A stretch of DNA of 61,461 nucleotides, filler included, from Bonamia ostreae (lineage: Eukaryota): assembly GCA_040357525.1 (NCBI GenBank). It is 18 parts of 18 records of this genome, joined end to end, with 100 filler letters (N's around TTAATTAATTAA, not from the genome) between each part and the next. Parts side by side here need not be neighbours in the genome. Positions count along the whole stretch, not along the records: positions 10,316 to 13,649 come from JBDODL010000535.1; positions 13,750 to 17,083 come from JBDODL010000536.1; positions 17,184 to 20,514 come from JBDODL010000537.1; positions 20,615 to 23,945 come from JBDODL010000538.1; 14 more parts are not named here. One strand, given 5' to 3'. The notes under the pieces are model-generated. The model saw nothing but the letters and a program-made list of their open reading frames with translations. It searched no databases and was not told the origin of the DNA. Positions 11,557-23,289 of this stretch are shown here, in pieces; within the stretch, counting starts at the first letter, position 1; the number at the start of each line of letters is the position of its first letter. Made by a program: the position numbers and the translations under genes.

Positions 11557-12537
11557 ATGTCTTTTAAAAGAAGACGCATTCCGTTCTTCAGGAAAATAGC
11601 CCATTTGAACTACGCTCAAGTCTGCTACTATCTGCAAGACTACCCCCTCCAAAGATACAAATTTACCTTGCGGCATCTTTGCAGCGCGGACCGTCTTGAC
11701 TGTGATCAGCCCAAATCGCGAATAGGAAAAGTGCCGGAAAATGTCGCAGAATTCCTGGAGACTGAGAGAGAAAAAGCCAAAATCGTCGACAGCTGCCGTG
11801 CTTCGGACATCGCCCTCGCCGCGTTGCGCCATGCGCAAATGCGCGAGAATCTCTTCAAGTTCGTCTGCAGCCGCAAGCGATTTCTGGAGGGCGGCGACGA
11901 AAAGAACTATCACGACTTGAATTTCTACAGAGACGAGTTCCGGATGTCAGAGAAAAGCGCTCTGCTGTCGTACGACAGAATTATTCTCAGCTTTCTCGGA
12001 GAACTCTACAGGTGCCATCTGCGCGTTTCGCTTATCAGGAAAGCGACGAAACGCGCTATGCGAAAACGTCTGAGGATATTCAATTTCCTCGTGGGCTTCT
12101 TTTGCCTCAAAAAGCGAATACCAAAGTTCTCGAACGCGAAAGATTTTTCGCGGGAACAGAGAAAATTTCGGGTGGCGCTGATGGGAAACAGGCTCTTGGA
12201 GGAAGTGGCGAAAACGGAATTGTTGAAGAGGAAATTGGAAAATGTGCTAAAGAGGTACTTTTTGGCGCTAAGATTGAGTCTTTCGTTCCACAGAAAGTTT
12301 ATCAGCCGCCTCGTTTGGGCGGGACACGTAGACAGAATCGAAAGGAGCAGAAACTTAAGGGAAAAGAAACTGCGCGGATTGATCGAAGTAGAGGAAGAGA
12401 CATTTCTTAAACCTTATCTTTCGGGTTTTCCAAAGTATGTGAGAAAAATAAAGCCGGACGTCTTTAACACGACGGACGATTTTAATATAATGAAGACGTT
12501 CCCAAACGATTTGTGGGGATTCTTTAGAAGCGATTAA
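11557..12537 (+). CDS. Hypothetical Arg/Lys-rich protein (intronless)
   Basis: Uninterrupted ~326-codon ORF from ATG 11557 with coding-like composition; no motif recognised. Confidence 0.65.
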   Translation: MSFKRRRIPFFRKIAHLNYAQVCYYLQDYPLQRYKFTLRHLCSADRLDCDQPKSRIGKVPENVAEFLETEREKAKIVDSCRASDIALAALRHAQMRENLFKFVCSRKRFLEGGDEKNYHDLNFYRDEFRMSEKSALLSYDRIILSFLGELYRCHLRVSLIRKATKRAMRKRLRIFNFLVGFFCLKKRIPKFSNAKDFSREQRKFRVALMGNRLLEEVAKTELLKRKLENVLKRYFLALRLSLSFHRKFISRLVWAGHVDRIERSRNLREKKLRGLIEVEEETFLKPYLSGFPKYVRKIKPDVFNTTDDFNIMKTFPNDLWGFFRSD

Positions 12538-12710
12538 ACAAAATGTTCTTTCTAAACTTGTATATGCGATCTGCATAATAAAATAAAGCTTTCTAAAAAC
12601 ACACATACAGAAAAAAATCTCTTCTACACTATCACAAACTGTCATAATTGTTAATTATGACAGTCATAAAATAGATTAGCGATTTACATATAATTCAAAG
12701 CAGTGCACAA

Positions 12711-13649
12711 ATGGTCGTGACTCAAAACAGAACAATAGAGTCGCTGCTTCGTGATTTGAAAGAAATCCAGATCGCCTGCGTCGGCGAGGAAAAGGAGACC
12801 GACTCAAAACTCGACGATTTCCAAAAAGCGAAACTAGACCTGAGCGAAAATCTCATGCGAATCAAAAACGACCTCGAATTCGCCGAAAAAAATCCCGACA
12901 AAAAAGGCGATCTCGTCAGAGTCAAATTGCGAGCGCAGAAGGATTTTGAAACTGCCGCAAAATGCAAAAAACAACTCGAAAAAGCGATCAGAAAAAACGA
13001 ACGAGACTTCTCAAAAAACTATAAACGCAAAAAACTGACCGTCGAAGTAATGGAAGAACGAAGGGAGGTCTACGCCTTGCTCACCAAGTTTCGATTAGCT
13101 CAATCAAGAGATTTCAATTATGTCGAATCCGTGTTAAAGAGAAAAGCGGAAATGCCCAAAATGAAATCTGGCGCTCAAACAGAAAGAGAAAAAAGACTCC
13201 GTTTTTATTGACAAACCGTTCATTAAAAGAGGAAAGAAAAGAAAAGTTGCGCAAAAAGAAGAAACGCGGCGAAAGCGATGACGACGATTACGGAGAAGAG
13301 CGAATGTTGACGAAGGAAGAACAGATTTTCTTGCAGCGTTCGCTTGAAAACGACAGAAAAATTGTTTCATTGGTTCATTGAAGGACGAAGAGTTGGAAGT
13401 GGTGCACGACCAACTTGTCGGTTTGGGCGAAAAAGCAAAAGACATTAACGTCGTAATTTTAAAATTTTTGTAAGAAAATAAAAGAGCAAGGACGCGATAT
13501 TGAAGAACTGAACGAGGGCGTCGACAAAGTCGCTGAGAGCATTCAATCGACTTCGAAATTGATGGAAGAACTTCTCGAGAAAGTTTTTAGCAAAAATTTA
13601 TACGGGAGGCTTTAAAAAAAGTATTCCGATTATATTTGTATGCATTTTA
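12711..13649 (+). CDS. Qc-SNARE, SYP7-like, 3'-partial
   Basis: Helical N-terminus; SNARE coil DEELEVVHDQLVGLGEKAKDIN..KEQGRDIEELNEGVDKV after removal of 20-29-nt introns (e.g. 13364-13383); probable TM start at the contig end. Confidence 0.75.
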
Positions 13650-13749
13650 NNNNNNNNNNNNNNNNNNNNNNNNNNNNNNNNNNNNNNNNNNNNTTAATTA
13701 ATTAANNNNNNNNNNNNNNNNNNNNNNNNNNNNNNNNNNNNNNNNNNNN

Positions 13750-14035
13750 AATTTATTTTGTGTAATTTTCGAAAATTATTTTATTGTGTCGTTTTTGGAA
13801 TTTTAGTGTGTCAAATTTATTTTGTGTAATTTTCGAAATTTATTTTATTGTGTCGTTTTTGGAATTTTATTTTGTCAAATTTATTTTGTGTCGTTTTCGA
13901 AATTTATTGTATTGTGTCGTTTTTGGAAGTTTTGTGTAAAATTTATTTTATATTGTTGTTTTCGAAATTTATTTTATTGTGTCGTTTTGGGAATTTAAAT
14001 TTATTTTGTGTCGTTTTTTATATTTGTTTTTCGTG
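13750..14035. repeat. T-rich degenerate minisatellite (aaatttattttgtgt(a/c)gttttcgaaatt..) at contig start
   Basis: Directly visible tandem degenerate units. Confidence 0.85.
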
Positions 14036-14053
14036 ACATCTTCAAAAATTAAT

Positions 14054-14464
14054 TTATTCTTCATTGTTCGGCAAAACATAAGGTCGCATCTTAAACTTGA
14101 CCTTCATTTGCTTTCGCAACTGGTTTCCGTGTTTTATCCTGCGTTTTCTTCCATGCTTAATAAGTCTTTTTTGGTCGCTTAAAGTCATTTTGTCGAAATC
14201 TTCGCAGAGTAGTTCATATAAGCTTTTCCCAGGATTTTTCAAATCTGGCAACCAGTCTGGATATTCGTTCATTTCTTTGAGTTTCGGCTTATCGCCTTCT
14301 TTGAAAATATCTACGCAGTCAGCGGTAAAATTATCTTCCTTTTTGTTGGATTCGAGAATTATCTTTTCGGCGGCTTCAGCTTTAATCTTTTTCGAAAATG
14401 AGCGCCATTTCGATGATGTTGTTATCGGCAATAAAGATTTTGCATGTCGCGCTAGAAACGCCAT
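14054..14464 (-). CDS. MRPL54: Mitochondrial ribosomal protein mL54 (MRPL54 / yeast L37)
   Basis: Presequence-like N-terminus; signature DIFKEGDKPKLKEMNEYPDWLPDL; basic C-terminal helix. Confidence 0.85.
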   Translation of the reverse strand: MAFLARHAKSLLPITTSSKWRSFSKKIKAEAAEKIILESNKKEDNFTADCVDIFKEGDKPKLKEMNEYPDWLPDLKNPGKSLYELLCEDFDKMTLSDQKRLIKHGRKRRIKHGNQLRKQMKVKFKMRPYVLPNNEE

Positions 14465-14721
14465 TCAAACTATATTCAAAATGTTAATATGCAAATTTTT
14501 AGTCGAAAAGATTTTACCAAATCTCTCTTCTCGTTTCGTCCTTTGAGGATATATCAACGCTTCGTTTTCGAAGATAGTCGAAACGACAGAGCTGAAATTT
14601 TTTATTTTTGGTCGAAAAGATAAAGAGGTGAATGCAATTTATATTTCATCGACTTACTTAAACCTTAAAAAATTATGACTAAAATAGAATATCGATATTT
14701 ACTGATTAACGCTTCGACCGA

Positions 14722-16403
14722 TTACAACAAATCTCTCTTTTCCCTCGAAGATTTTCGGTTTAGAATCGTTAAACTTTGGTTTAAGAAGTAAACGAATTTT
14801 CGTTTTTTGTGGACATCTTCGCTCTTCACCGCCGCAATATGGCTTTGCACAAACTTTACCGCGGCTTCAATTTGCTTCTGAAAACATAAATCCCTCTCCC
14901 TTTCTTTTGTCCCTTCTCTGTAAAGTTCTTTTAGCAATTGCTTTTATAGTGAAAATCAAACTTTTTCAAAGTTTCTGTTTTTCCGTACTTCAAATTCTTT
15001 TTCTGAAACAAAATCCCTCTTTTGTTGGATTTGGAAATATTACCAGCGGGTTGGCGTATCGGACCATTCCTCGCTCTTCGAACAGTCGGATGCCATAAAC
15101 CGGAATCCCTTTAATGATTTGTCAAAACTTTGGGGATAATCCGCGAAGATTTTTATGTTCAGATTGACAGTTACTGCGATTGGAAAAAATTACATTCCTC
15201 GGAAGCTATCGTGGCGGTGAGTTCGAGAAATGGGGAAATGATGTTTTGTTTCTCGGCGAGTGTTTTTACTAGTTTCTTTACGTTGAGGTCAAGTCCTGGA
15301 ATCTTCGAATCGTCTTTTTTCAAACAGAAAAAACTTAGTTGTTCAATTTGTTTCTCAACGGAAACGAACGAGTTTAACCGCGCCGAGAGAACTTGCAGGA
15401 GTTTCGCCACGTTAAAACTTGATAAGCTTTTAAAGTCTTTTCGAAACTCTGTCCATCTCTGTGTTTCTGCTGTCTGTGGCAACCCGAATCCGCACAAAAC
15501 TCTGCTCCAATCGTATTCTATTATGTCCTTGTTGCTGTTTGTTTTCGGATAAAAACGTTGCGTCCATTCGAGTTCCCGCGTCGTCTGGGAATATGCCTTG
15601 GAGCAAGCGGGGATCAAAGCCCACTGCTTTGACTCCGCACCGGCTTGAGTCTCCGTTCACATAGAAAACAAGAGCGATTGATTTCAAGTCGAACGGGTTT
15701 ATCTCAAGCGAAAAACGATTCAACTTGGGATCGCGCGCTTCTTTGTTTCTAACGATTTTCGCGATGCCGACTTTATGTCCTGTCACGGAATGGTACAGAC
15801 TAAAAAGAGGATACGGCAATTCGAGAGTCGCTTCTTCTAGCTTCAAATTGATGTTTATCGGGAGACCGATGGAATTTGTGACCGAATCGCAAGCCTTAAA
15901 TAAATGAGCGTTACGTTTTTTAGTTTGGAGAGGTTTTCGAACAGACTTTTGCTAAAATTTTCCGATTTTTTGTTTTTCCTGTATTGCTCAGTGCACATTA
16001 TCTTCAGTTTTTTTTTCTCGCTCGCCAAACTTTTCAGTTCTGTGATGAGTTTTGCAGTTTGTTCCAATTCGTCTGCAAAGTTTCGTTTTCCTATAAAATT
16101 GCTCTATAAACTCTTGCCGTTTTCCGAGTTCGAAACTAGCTCTGAAGCCGATTTTATTTTGCTTTCGATTTTTTCCATCGAGTACTGAAGAGCTTTTAAT
16201 TTGGCCAGTCTAAGTTCGTGTTCGTCGATGGACTAGATTTAAATTGAAATTACGCTTCTCAATTCGTACTTGCGAAAATTGTGTTCGAGAAGATTCCTCC
16301 TGCTCTCCTGTACGGCCAAAACCAGACCAGACAGAATGTTCTCTGATTCGCTTTTCTCAAAATTCACAACTTGCTTTCTTAAGCGCGAAACATTATCGAT
16401 CAT
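14722..16403 (-). CDS. THOC5: THO complex subunit 5-like, multi-exon
   Basis: DEHELRLAKL, ATLELPYPLFSLY, LLQGIFPDDAG, YDWSRVLCGFGLP, VLSARLNSFVSVEKQIEQL occur in the order of THOC5 motifs; several 20-22-nt GT-AG introns restore frame. Confidence 0.7.
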
Positions 16404-16480
16404 TTAATATAAGAAAATAGAATTCGTTTAATATTTGTTATGCGCATATTTTATGTTCCGATAGTATTAATTCTAAACCG

Positions 16481-16990
16481 ATGTTTTTTCTTTTCTGTAT
16501 GGCAATATTGTCTATGTTTGCAAATTGCAAGGAATATGGCAAAGCACCAGCAGACTATTTTAAAGGGGCGATTCTCTCGCCGGAGGACAAAAGAAGGGCG
16601 GAAAAAAACAGATTCGAAGTGGGTTACGAATACATTGTGAAATGCTCGAAAAATTATCGAATTCCGAAAATTAGCCTTCGATATGTTTTCTGCGGAGAAG
16701 AGAGCGATGGGAGCGCTAGATTTATGAACAATCTTGCAGATGTTGGTATTTGCAACGTGTGTGCAAGAAAAGATAGCTTGTCGAAAAAATTTTTATTTCC
16801 TCTAACTACAGTCGTGGCACTGGTTTATTTTCATAATATAAAAAGGCATTTGTTGGAATGTTTTACTTTTGTTAATTATAGGTTTTTGATAACAACTGCA
16901 GTATCCATTTATATACGACACAAAAAGAAAAAGCCAAGAAGAAATGTTGCGGCAGCGCTGCAAGAAAATTTTTCGTCTAGAAATTATTAA
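16481..16990 (+). CDS. Hypothetical secreted/membrane protein
   Basis: Signal-peptide-like MFFLFCMAILSMFANC, several Cys, hydrophobic C-terminal segment followed by a basic tail. Confidence 0.55.
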   Translation: MFFLFCMAILSMFANCKEYGKAPADYFKGAILSPEDKRRAEKNRFEVGYEYIVKCSKNYRIPKISLRYVFCGEESDGSARFMNNLADVGICNVCARKDSLSKKFLFPLTTVVALVYFHNIKRHLLECFTFVNYRFLITTAVSIYIRHKKKKPRRNVAAALQENFSSRNY

Positions 16991-17699
16991 ATAATTTTTA
17001 TAAAGCAATCTAGTCAGAAAAACTAAAGTTACAAAATATGTTTACTTAAAACTTTTGGAACACAAATATGACGGCTTTTAAATNNNNNNNNNNNNNNNNN
17101 NNNNNNNNNNNNNNNNNNNNNNNNNNNTTAATTAATTAANNNNNNNNNNNNNNNNNNNNNNNNNNNNNNNNNNNNNNNNNNNNAAATTTTCTTTTTTCAT
17201 GCAAAAATAAATAGATATTCGTTTCAATATAACGCAGAATGAAACAACTATTATTGCCGCTAATATTATTTCATTTAAATTGTCTTGCGGATTTATTATA
17301 ATCTTATTTATTAAGTTTATTTTCAAAATGTTTTTTATAACTTGAATTTTAAAGGCTAAAAACATAATTGAGATTGAAGCATTTGAAAAAGTTAGTAAAG
17401 TTTGGTTTCTGTAGTTTGTCAATTATCGAGTTAAATTCTTTATTGAATATCTCAGGCATTTTTACTTTTTTCCAGTTTTGTTTTTATGTAATCGTTTAAT
17501 AAATTTTTATAAAATCAGTTAAATAATTGTAATTAATTAAAATAATTACATAAAGAGCTCAGACTGACTAGTTTTTTTATTTTTTATTTGTAAACCGGTT
17601 GAAATCTCTTGGACGATTCTGATAATTAACCCAGCATGTATGGTGCTCACATGGAAGTGCTCATCCACTAAAACTATCGGTGCACTTAAAAATCCCCAT

Positions 17700-20090
17700 C
17701 GGATGAATCATGGGCTATTTGGATCTTCACTTTCTTGTTTTCTTTTTTTATTCATTTATGTTCTTATAAACTTTTTACTAATTTAACTGTTCTTTATTTG
17801 AATTTATAGGATTTTTTCATTGTAATATCAAAAACTTTATTTGTTGTTAAATATAGTTTATGGTTACAATCTTTTAGAAGTGTTCTAATGTTTCGGGAAC
17901 TTTACAATATATAAAATTAACGTCTTTTTGATTCCTATTTTTGTCAAAAATTTGTAAAGTGACAATGTCTCAAGTCTTGAATTTCGCCATCTCTTTAATC
18001 TTAAATTTAGTTTATTCATCGCATTTGAAAGTCTTAATATGTAACTTTTCCTACTACGTTATATTAACACATTGCTTTTGATGTGTTCGTTTAAAAATTA
18101 CAACATTTGCGAATAATCTATTCTCCTTTTCCAGTATTCAATCAAACTTAATTCTCTTATTATTTTAAGTCGAAGAACTTTTGCTTTAAAATTAGTCTCT
18201 TGAATTTTGGCTACCTTGTTTACCCTTAAACCATAAGTTAGGTATCTATGATGTCATTTTCGACTTTTTTTAACATTGGCATCGCTTGAATCTTCCCAGA
18301 TTTCACTGGCATATTCTAATAATGGTCTAAAAAGGCCTTATAAAAAGGTTATCAATGTTTCTTGATTCATCATTTTAGAAAATATTTAATCCGTCAGTTT
18401 TCACTATTATTTCTTTTATATTTTTACTCTAGTTTAATTTTTGATCAAATATATTCATAAGTTTTTTAAAACTGGACCCTCGTTATGACATCAAATAAAA
18501 CCTGTGAAGGTCAAAATTGCTAAGCCCAAAAAATAAAAGAAAATTAATAAGAGATTTCCGAAAAACCGGTGTCTCGATTTAAAAATCTAAAAACAGATGT
18601 ATTCTTCCTGGTTCAAGATGGATATTATGGAGACCAGCTAAATCGAGTGGAAATAACGAATACATGTTGGGGTAGAAATTCCCACATTGGAAAAACACCA
18701 TATTGAAGCAAGATTGAATTGGGCTAAAAACATGTTTCTTGGACAAAAAAATTGCATAATTTCGTTTTTTACTGAAGATAAAATGGAATCTTGATGGTCC
18801 GGATGGGTTAAAATATTATTGGCATTCTCTCTTCGCAAAGAAAAAAAAGACTTTTTTAAAATACGTGCCATTAGTGGGATATCGATTATGACTTGGGGAG
18901 CATTTGGATACAAAAGGGGAGCATTTGTTATTGTAAAGGAAAGAATGAATTCAGAAATGTACATGAAAATGATTAAACGAATCTTTTGCCATTTGGAAAT
19001 CACATTGCTGATAATAACTGGATTTACCAACAGGATAATGACCCTATACATAAATCCAAACAAACTTTGTCATTTTTTACTTAACACAAAGTGGAACTTT
19101 TGGAATGGCCTGCACTATCTCTGGGCTGCAATCCCATCGAAAATATTTGGTGATACATGGCCAGACATCTTTATTCAAACGGACGCCAATATGACTCAAC
19201 TAAGGAACTTATTGATGCGATCAAAAACTCATGGGAAAATATTCAACTACACAATTAAAAAAAATGATAGAAGGAATGCATAACAGTTGCATTAGCCTAA
19301 TACTCCAAAAACGTTGAAAAATAAATTACTAGATGCTTAAAAATGTATTCAATGTTTAAAATCTTCTTTTTATAAAGTGAATCTATCTTTTTGCAACAAC
19401 TCTTCTTTGAGTTTTTAACATATATTGGAAAATGAAGATGTCCCAACATAAAAATTCATTGCTACGACACATTTGTTGTGAAAATTTTATCCCTTTCCAA
19501 GCATTGTAACCACCTGAAATGCAAAAATTTAAGGTGTACCTATCTTTTTGCACCACACTGTACATATTAACAAACTTTATTGAGTGCGATTCTTTTCTAT
19601 AATTTTAGCATCAGACCCTGTTTCACAGATAACAATATCATCTGCGAATTGAAGTATCTTGTTTTTACAAATTTTATTTATATCACTGGGGTATATGTTA
19701 AAAAGTATTTGGCTTATTGGTGATCCTTGTGGTACTCCTGTATTAAAATCATACCAGTTTGATTTGCACTCTTTGAAAGTAACTATTTTGTATCTTTTAC
19801 TAAAAATGTTATAACCAGTTGTTGAATTTTCCTGTTATCCCTTTTTGTATCATTGATAGTAGCAATATCCTGTCCACACAATTATATGCTTTCTTCGCAT
19901 CCAGAAATACCGCTAAAAATACTATTGAATGAATTAAGAATTTTGTCTTGTAACAATATTAAGTTATAATGGGTGGATCTATTTTTACTGAATCCAAATT
20001 GGAAATCCAGTATCCATTTTTCGTTTTCAACTATTTTTTCAAGTCTCGATTTCATAACGTTTTCAAAAATTTTTCCAATTAATAATCTTA
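17700..20090 (-). mobile_element. Decayed non-LTR retrotransposon (LINE-like RT), interrupted by a Tc1-like element; boundaries approximate
   Basis: Frameshifted RT motifs on the minus strand: FQFGFSKNRST (~20000), GVPQGSPIS (~19730), QFADDIVI (~19645), and post-RT RPLLEYASEIW (~18320). Confidence 0.8.
18480..19562 (+). mobile_element. Decayed, 5'-truncated Tc1/Tc3-like DDE DNA transposon
   Basis: Broken motifs NLDGPDG, IMTWGAFG, YQQDNDPIH, LEWPALS..NPIENIW; right end ...CACACTG followed by TA at 19561-19562; left TIR not found. Confidence 0.88.
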
Positions 20091-21007
20091 AAAAATATAA
20101 AAAATTAATCTTTCGGAGGACCAAAGCAATAATTCTCAATTTAATTAAGTGTAACAATTAAGTTGCATTGGAAATAAATTTTTTTAATTGTTTACGGTCC
20201 GTTGGAAAAAAAGATTTTAAAGAAAGCACACAAATTTAAGTCTGGGAACAATATTAAAATTAGACAAACAACATCTTTTCATAAAAAAATTATTGAATAA
20301 TAAATCGAATGGAAAATAGAAGACAAAATATGACATAATGAATAAAAATAGAATTTATTTTTTTATGATAGAGAATAATCGCACTGAAAAAAGAACAATT
20401 AAAGACGATTTGTTTTAATAAAAAACAAAACCACTGTAATCAATTGGTACCCATTTTTAGAAAATTCGCCGTGATAAATAAGAACTAACAAATATAAAAT
20501 TGGAAATTTAATTANNNNNNNNNNNNNNNNNNNNNNNNNNNNNNNNNNNNNNNNNNNNTTAATTAATTAANNNNNNNNNNNNNNNNNNNNNNNNNNNNNN
20601 NNNNNNNNNNNNNNTCAAAAACTTTTATTTAAAAACTTTATTTTTTTCGCAAAAAAATTTATTGACAAAATTGCAAAATTATGATAATATTTTTTGAGGC
20701 GAGTGCGTGAAAATAGTGTAAAAAATGGGGAGATTGTTTGTGCGTTGGTTGTTGATCAAGTTTTGCGGGTGCAGAATTTAGTCAAGACTAAATATTGTAG
20801 AAGATCGATTTGTAACAAAATGGCTAAATTTCTACAAACCGCAAAATTACGGATCGATCTTACATTAAAACATTTTGCACGATTGGCCATTCTAAATTAG
20901 CCAAAATAATGCAATCAAGCTTAAAAATCTTAACCGATAACTATATAATTTTACCAGTGTCCATATAATTTTCTCCAGAGCTAAAAATATTAATGTATTA
21001 TGTTCAG

Positions 21008-21401
21008 TAATCGTTGCTATCGCTGTCATCGAACCGGTCACATCGCTCGAAACTGTGACGCAAGTCGCAGTGCCGAACATAAACGTTCGCGCAGAAGACG
21101 CTCTAGAAGCCATTCTAACAGAAGATCAAGAAGATCGCGCAGTCGCAGTCACCGTCGCAGACGATCGAGAAGATCGCGCAGTCGCAGTCGCAGTCACCAG
21201 CGCAGAAAACATTCGACAAGAAGAACAAGCAGAAGTCGTTCGCCTTCCAGCAGAAAACGCTCCAGAAGCGAATCCAAAAACGAATCCAAAAGCCGTTCGA
21301 ATAAAAGGAGCCTTTCGAAAAGTCCTTCGAAAAAACGTTCGAAGTCGCCGAGTCGCGAAGGGGAAATTGGGAATGCTAAAAATATCGGCCGGTCGATCTA
21401 A
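21008..21401 (+). CDS. SR-rich splicing factor with CCHC zinc knuckle (SRSF7/RSZ-like), last exon
   Basis: CYRCHRTGHIARNC followed by a long RS domain; preceded by the acceptor tgttcag. Confidence 0.85.
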
Positions 21402-21704
21402 TTGATAAATGCCATATAATAATTTTTGCTAAAATGTTTTAAAAATGTCTCCAAAAAGTGATTTTTTAGCTTTAATTTTTTTTGTTTTGGTTTTAATAGC
21501 TTTAATTTTTAGCATAAATGGTTGACGTTTGTTTCATTTTAATTTTGATTTGAAGTAACAACTTCTCTTCGAGTTATTAATATTAATAAAAAACGTCGAA
21601 AATAATTTTTAAAAACAAAACAGTTATAAAAATGTTACTAAACAGAGAAAAAATATGAACGATATTTTCCGGGCAAATTTTTTAAAAATAATATAAAATT
21701 TTTA

Positions 21705-21872
21705 ATGTCGCAAAATTTAATATTTGCCGTTCTGTTTTGTTGTATTTTCGTATTGTTGGTTATTGTTATGGCCACTATTTTGTTATTGCTGAAATTCGCA
21801 GAATATCCAACTGATCCAGATGATCTCAAATGGTGGAATTTTCCGTTTTATTATTTTACAAAAGTGGATTAA
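21705..21872 (+). CDS. 55-aa single-pass membrane microprotein (not in ORF track)
   Basis: MSQNLIFAVLFCCIFVLLVIVMATILLLLKFAEYPTDPDDLKWWNFPFYYFTKVD*; long hydrophobic run; GC higher than flanks. Confidence 0.45.
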   Translation: MSQNLIFAVLFCCIFVLLVIVMATILLLLKFAEYPTDPDDLKWWNFPFYYFTKVD

Positions 21873-22234
21873 TGAAAGCAATGGTCGTTCGTTATATTGT
21901 AGTCAACAAAATCGCGTTGTTTTGTTTTGGCGATTAAATTTTTTTCTGTAAAATTTTCAAATTTATTTTGTTTTTAACGATTATTGCTTTTTTTGCTTAT
22001 TTTGACTCAATTCAACAAATTTCATTTTTTCAAATTTTGCATTTCGTCGATTTTGTGATCAAATTTTATTAACGTCGTTCCGAATTATTGATTTTAATAA
22101 AATTTAATTATTTTAATAAATTTAATAATATTATCTCATTTTTTTATTATTAATAAAAATTTATGGGATTAGCTTAAGTTTTATAAGCTGCATACTTTTT
22201 GTTATTATATTGATTTGTTAAAATTCAAAATTGA

Positions 22235-22475
22235 ATGGCGAAAAAGAAAGTTTCATAAATAAAAATAAAGAGTATCCGAATCCTCGTAAAAATGGTCAGT
22301 TTGGCCAGAACCGGGTACACATATAATTACACCAAAAATCCGAGAAACCAGCCCTACAAATTAATGCACAGAAGATATGACCCTGTAGTTAGAAAGCACG
22401 TCATTTTTGTGGTTCCAATCATTCTCTAAATTATAGGAAAAGAAGCTTAGAGCGAGTCCGTTCAAAATAAATTAA
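22235..22475 (+). CDS. MRPL33: Mitochondrial ribosomal protein bL33m (missed by ORF track)
   Basis: Removing introns 22250-22270 (21 nt) and 22412-22436 (25 nt) gives [64 protein letters not shown]. Confidence 0.95.
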
Positions 22476-22728
22476 ATTTTTACAATTTTTTCTTTTTTAC
22501 ATCAAAAAATAAAATTTTTGCATTTTTCTCTTTTTCGTCAAAAATTTTTTTACAATTTTCTACGTTTCATCAAAAAATAAAATTTTTGCAGAGCCTAATT
22601 TCGTTAAATAAAATATTTAATGACAATTTTGCAAAAAAACAGTAAAACAGTTTTGTTACCTTTTGGCTCAATATCAAAATAACTCGAATATCAGTTTTTA
22701 ATTAAAAAATCAATAAAACGAATAAAAA

Positions 22729-23289
22729 ATGGACAAATTTTCTGCTACACGGAAAAGAGTCATGGCATATAGCTGTGCTTCGATTTTTTTAATCACTATG
22801 TCATTTAATATCATTTTCGCCATTTATTTCCCTACAAAAAGTATGTCTTTCATTATTGGCACTTTATTCACAAATTTGATCGCGTTTGTTTTTTTCGCCT
22901 TGGTTACGTCCTATTATTTAAGAAATCAAATTAAACTAGGACGAAACATTTTCATTTTTCTGGTCTTCTTTTTTATCTGTTTGTACACTGCAAATTATTC
23001 TTACATGATATTCGCCGTTCTGCAAGCTGTCATCGCGAACAAAATTGATATTGGTGATTTTTTGATAATTTTGAGTGTTACTTCCGACATCACAGTTTAC
23101 AGAAATCTGTTTATTGAAAACAAACATCTGCTTTCTTATTTTAATTTTTATCAAGACAAAGTTTTCATTCTCGTTTCGATGATTACTTTTGCCTTGTCTG
23201 TATTCGTTGTAAATATTTCTCTTGCTGCAAAGAATTTATTTATTCTACACAAAAGTGAAGAGGAAGGGAAAACAGTTACTTTCTATTAA
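22729..23289 (+). CDS. Hypothetical polytopic membrane protein (about 4-5 TM)
   Basis: Complete 186-aa ATG-to-stop ORF with repeated hydrophobic helices. Confidence 0.7.
   Translation: MDKFSATRKRVMAYSCASIFLITMSFNIIFAIYFPTKSMSFIIGTLFTNLIAFVFFALVTSYYLRNQIKLGRNIFIFLVFFFICLYTANYSYMIFAVLQAVIANKIDIGDFLIILSVTSDITVYRNLFIENKHLLSYFNFYQDKVFILVSMITFALSVFVVNISLAAKNLFILHKSEEEGKTVTFY

Noticed and set aside
17184-17422. Minus-strand ORF 17132-17422 as a gene
   Set aside because: No ATG, low complexity, runs into the linker; insufficient support.
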